The notes below the pieces were generated by a model, which was given only the letters and a program-made list of their open reading frames with translations, was not told where the DNA came from and did no database searches. From assembly GCA_043228905.1 (NCBI GenBank), contig JBHGNT010000012.1, positions 7,316,001-7,380,000 of the forward strand: 64,000 nucleotides of DNA. Direction: 5' to 3'. The position numbers and the translations under genes are program-made. Of the stretch, positions 62,201-64,000 are shown one piece after another (position 1 is the first letter of the stretch; each line of letters starts with the position of its first letter). This stretch comes from Azolla caroliniana. Its lineage: Eukaryota > Plantae > Polypodiophyta.

Positions 62201-63789
62201 TACCTTCTATTCATTTACTTTGCATAATTCCAGAGTCAAACACCTCTTGGAATGCAACAATAATATCATTCCCAATAATTCCGTAAAAAATCTACCGAAA
62301 GCCCATCAATACCAGGGCATACATGGGAGCCAATTGCATCCAAAGCAACCCTTACTTCAAAAATCGAAATTGGCTTAACCAAAACAATTGCCATATGTAG
62401 TGAAACCCTTGCTTGCATGGTCTATCACACACATTGACGACTCTCCAATTGATCAAGTATAAAACATTGTGCGGACAATAGATTGCTATAAAACTACATA
62501 GCAATATCCCTCATTTCCCCAAAATCCTCTGTGATGGATCCATCATCCCTCTGAAGTTTTTTTATCCCATTACAAGATTTTTTTTGCAGTTACAAATTTG
62601 AAAAAATCAGTAGAAACTTTATCTTGCACTTGTGCCCAGTTTGCAACAAATGAATTATAAATGCACTGAGCCCAAGCATCTTGTAGTTTAGAGAGCTTAT
62701 CCATTGTATTATTCAATTCAGACATCACCCACGTCGCCCATGGCATACATTGTTGAAAATGTTGCAAAGAAACAACTACTCGCGTAGTACTCAATATCTT
62801 GGTTTTGAATTCTCATCAGTCTTCCTTTGCTTTACTACAAAACCAAGTACTAACATTGCCAGTTGCATCCGTAACTCCATTACATCCCATCAGTTGTGAT
62901 ACACTTGTATCCTTCCAAATTGCTAAAACATCTCTTCTAATGACAACATCAACATACAAAGAGGAAGGTATAGGTGTCCTAATGGCCTTCCATTTTCCCT
63001 TTTTTTCAAAGTAACAATAAGAGGCGAGTGATCATAGAAAGTTGTCCCAGCTAATATCTGTAATGAACCTCTTAATGTTAGAAAGAAGTCATCAACGTAG
63101 AATTTGTTTGATCGAGATAGATTAGTACCCAACAACCGTCAATTTGATCTAGAGAATTGCAAGTATTCAACATGTTTGCAAAAGGAAGAAGAGAACCAAG
63201 TATCTTGAAAACTGTACTTAAAGCACACCCTCTCCAAAAAGCTTAATTCCTAACCATATAAAACAACTTGGCTACCTCCACTTCTATCCAACTTATCCTC
63301 AATCATATTAAAATCTCCGACCATACACCAATGATCCACATGTGGCAAAGTATCACATAGAGAAGACCGTAACCTTCCCCTATCTGATGACGCATTATGA
63401 GCATATACATTTATAAAACCCAATTGTAGATTTTGGAATTCTACAATAATAACTTGCACTCTTCCTTCCACTAAAATCCTATAGAAAATCACATGAGAGG
63501 ACCATTTTTTGGCTAATGTTATACAAACACGAACTTTATTTTGGGATTCGCCAATTGCGGAACTCCAAAAATGGGCCCAAGAACCATTGATATAAGGATC
63601 CATACGAATCTACCCTTGATGGACTCAAATGATGTTCTTGTAAAAAAACCATATCTATAGATCTCATAAATTTTTTATGCAAGTTTTACTAGATCTTCTC
63701 ACATTCGACGCGCCATATCATGACAACGTAAAAGTAAAATTTTGTATCGTAATTGGATGCAAGATATGGAAAAATGATGTAAGACGTAG

Positions 63790-64000
63790 CAATGGGCTCA
63801 GTTCGGTTTCTTGGCCTTCAAACCAAACCAAACCAAACCATTTATTAATAATAAAAACCGAACCAAATTGTTTTTAATTTTATGAAGCCATTTAAACTGA
63901 ACCGTTTAGAGCCGAACCGTTAAACCAAACCGTTTAAAGAATAAGAGAAACTAAACCGTTTAAAACCAAACTGTTTACGAAAAATTTAAAACCAAACCAA
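63790..64000. repeat. AAACCA/AACCG-rich subterminal-type repeats, possibly one end of a hAT-like DNA transposon or MITE
   Basis: gggctcagttcggttt is followed by many aaacc(a/g) motifs and runs off the window edge. Confidence 0.5.

Larger units (their letters stand above)
29017..63780 (-). mobile_element. Decayed L1-type LINE ORF2, split into 63780-61452, 31642-30851 and 30321-29017 by nested LTR elements
   Basis: Endonuclease (DMVFLQEHHL ~63650, HWCMVGDFNM), RT (WRPITIFNTIYKIFAK, SVRQGC, QFADDT), then QWIPHGK|LVRYLG rejoined across the gypsy insertion, LSSAGRVVVANQVLLAS, and zf-RVT CNNCGFPNEMFRHVLWACP. Outer ends are approximate. Confidence 0.88.

Overview
This is AT-rich land-plant nuclear DNA; a non-seed plant such as a fern is a guess only. 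The left ~28 kb is genic. It holds the 3' part of a TFIIH p62 (TFB1) gene, then a complete cyclin H gene on the same strand, a decayed 18S rRNA fragment and a minus-strand DUF760 gene. The first coding intron of cyclin H carries a solo LTR and a decayed Ty1/copia element of the same family. The right ~35 kb is one nested retrotransposon complex whose insertion order can be read from target-site duplications (TSDs). A minus-strand L1-type LINE (~29.0-63.8 kb) is split by a solo LTR and by a chromodomain Ty3/gypsy (31643-61446). That gypsy contains a copia (53404-59247) and a second gypsy (34201-51247). The second gypsy in turn contains a truncated third gypsy, a very young copia (42622-48155) and a solo LTR. 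The most unusual signals are an extra ~900-aa sense ORF after pol in the inner gypsy, a regularly spaced hairpin array in the chromovirus leader, a basic C-terminal extension of a copia pol between two polypurine-tract (PPT)-like sequences, tandem duplication of splice acceptors in two genes, and adjacency of two TFIIH subunit genes. Gene identities come from recalled protein motifs; no database search was run.
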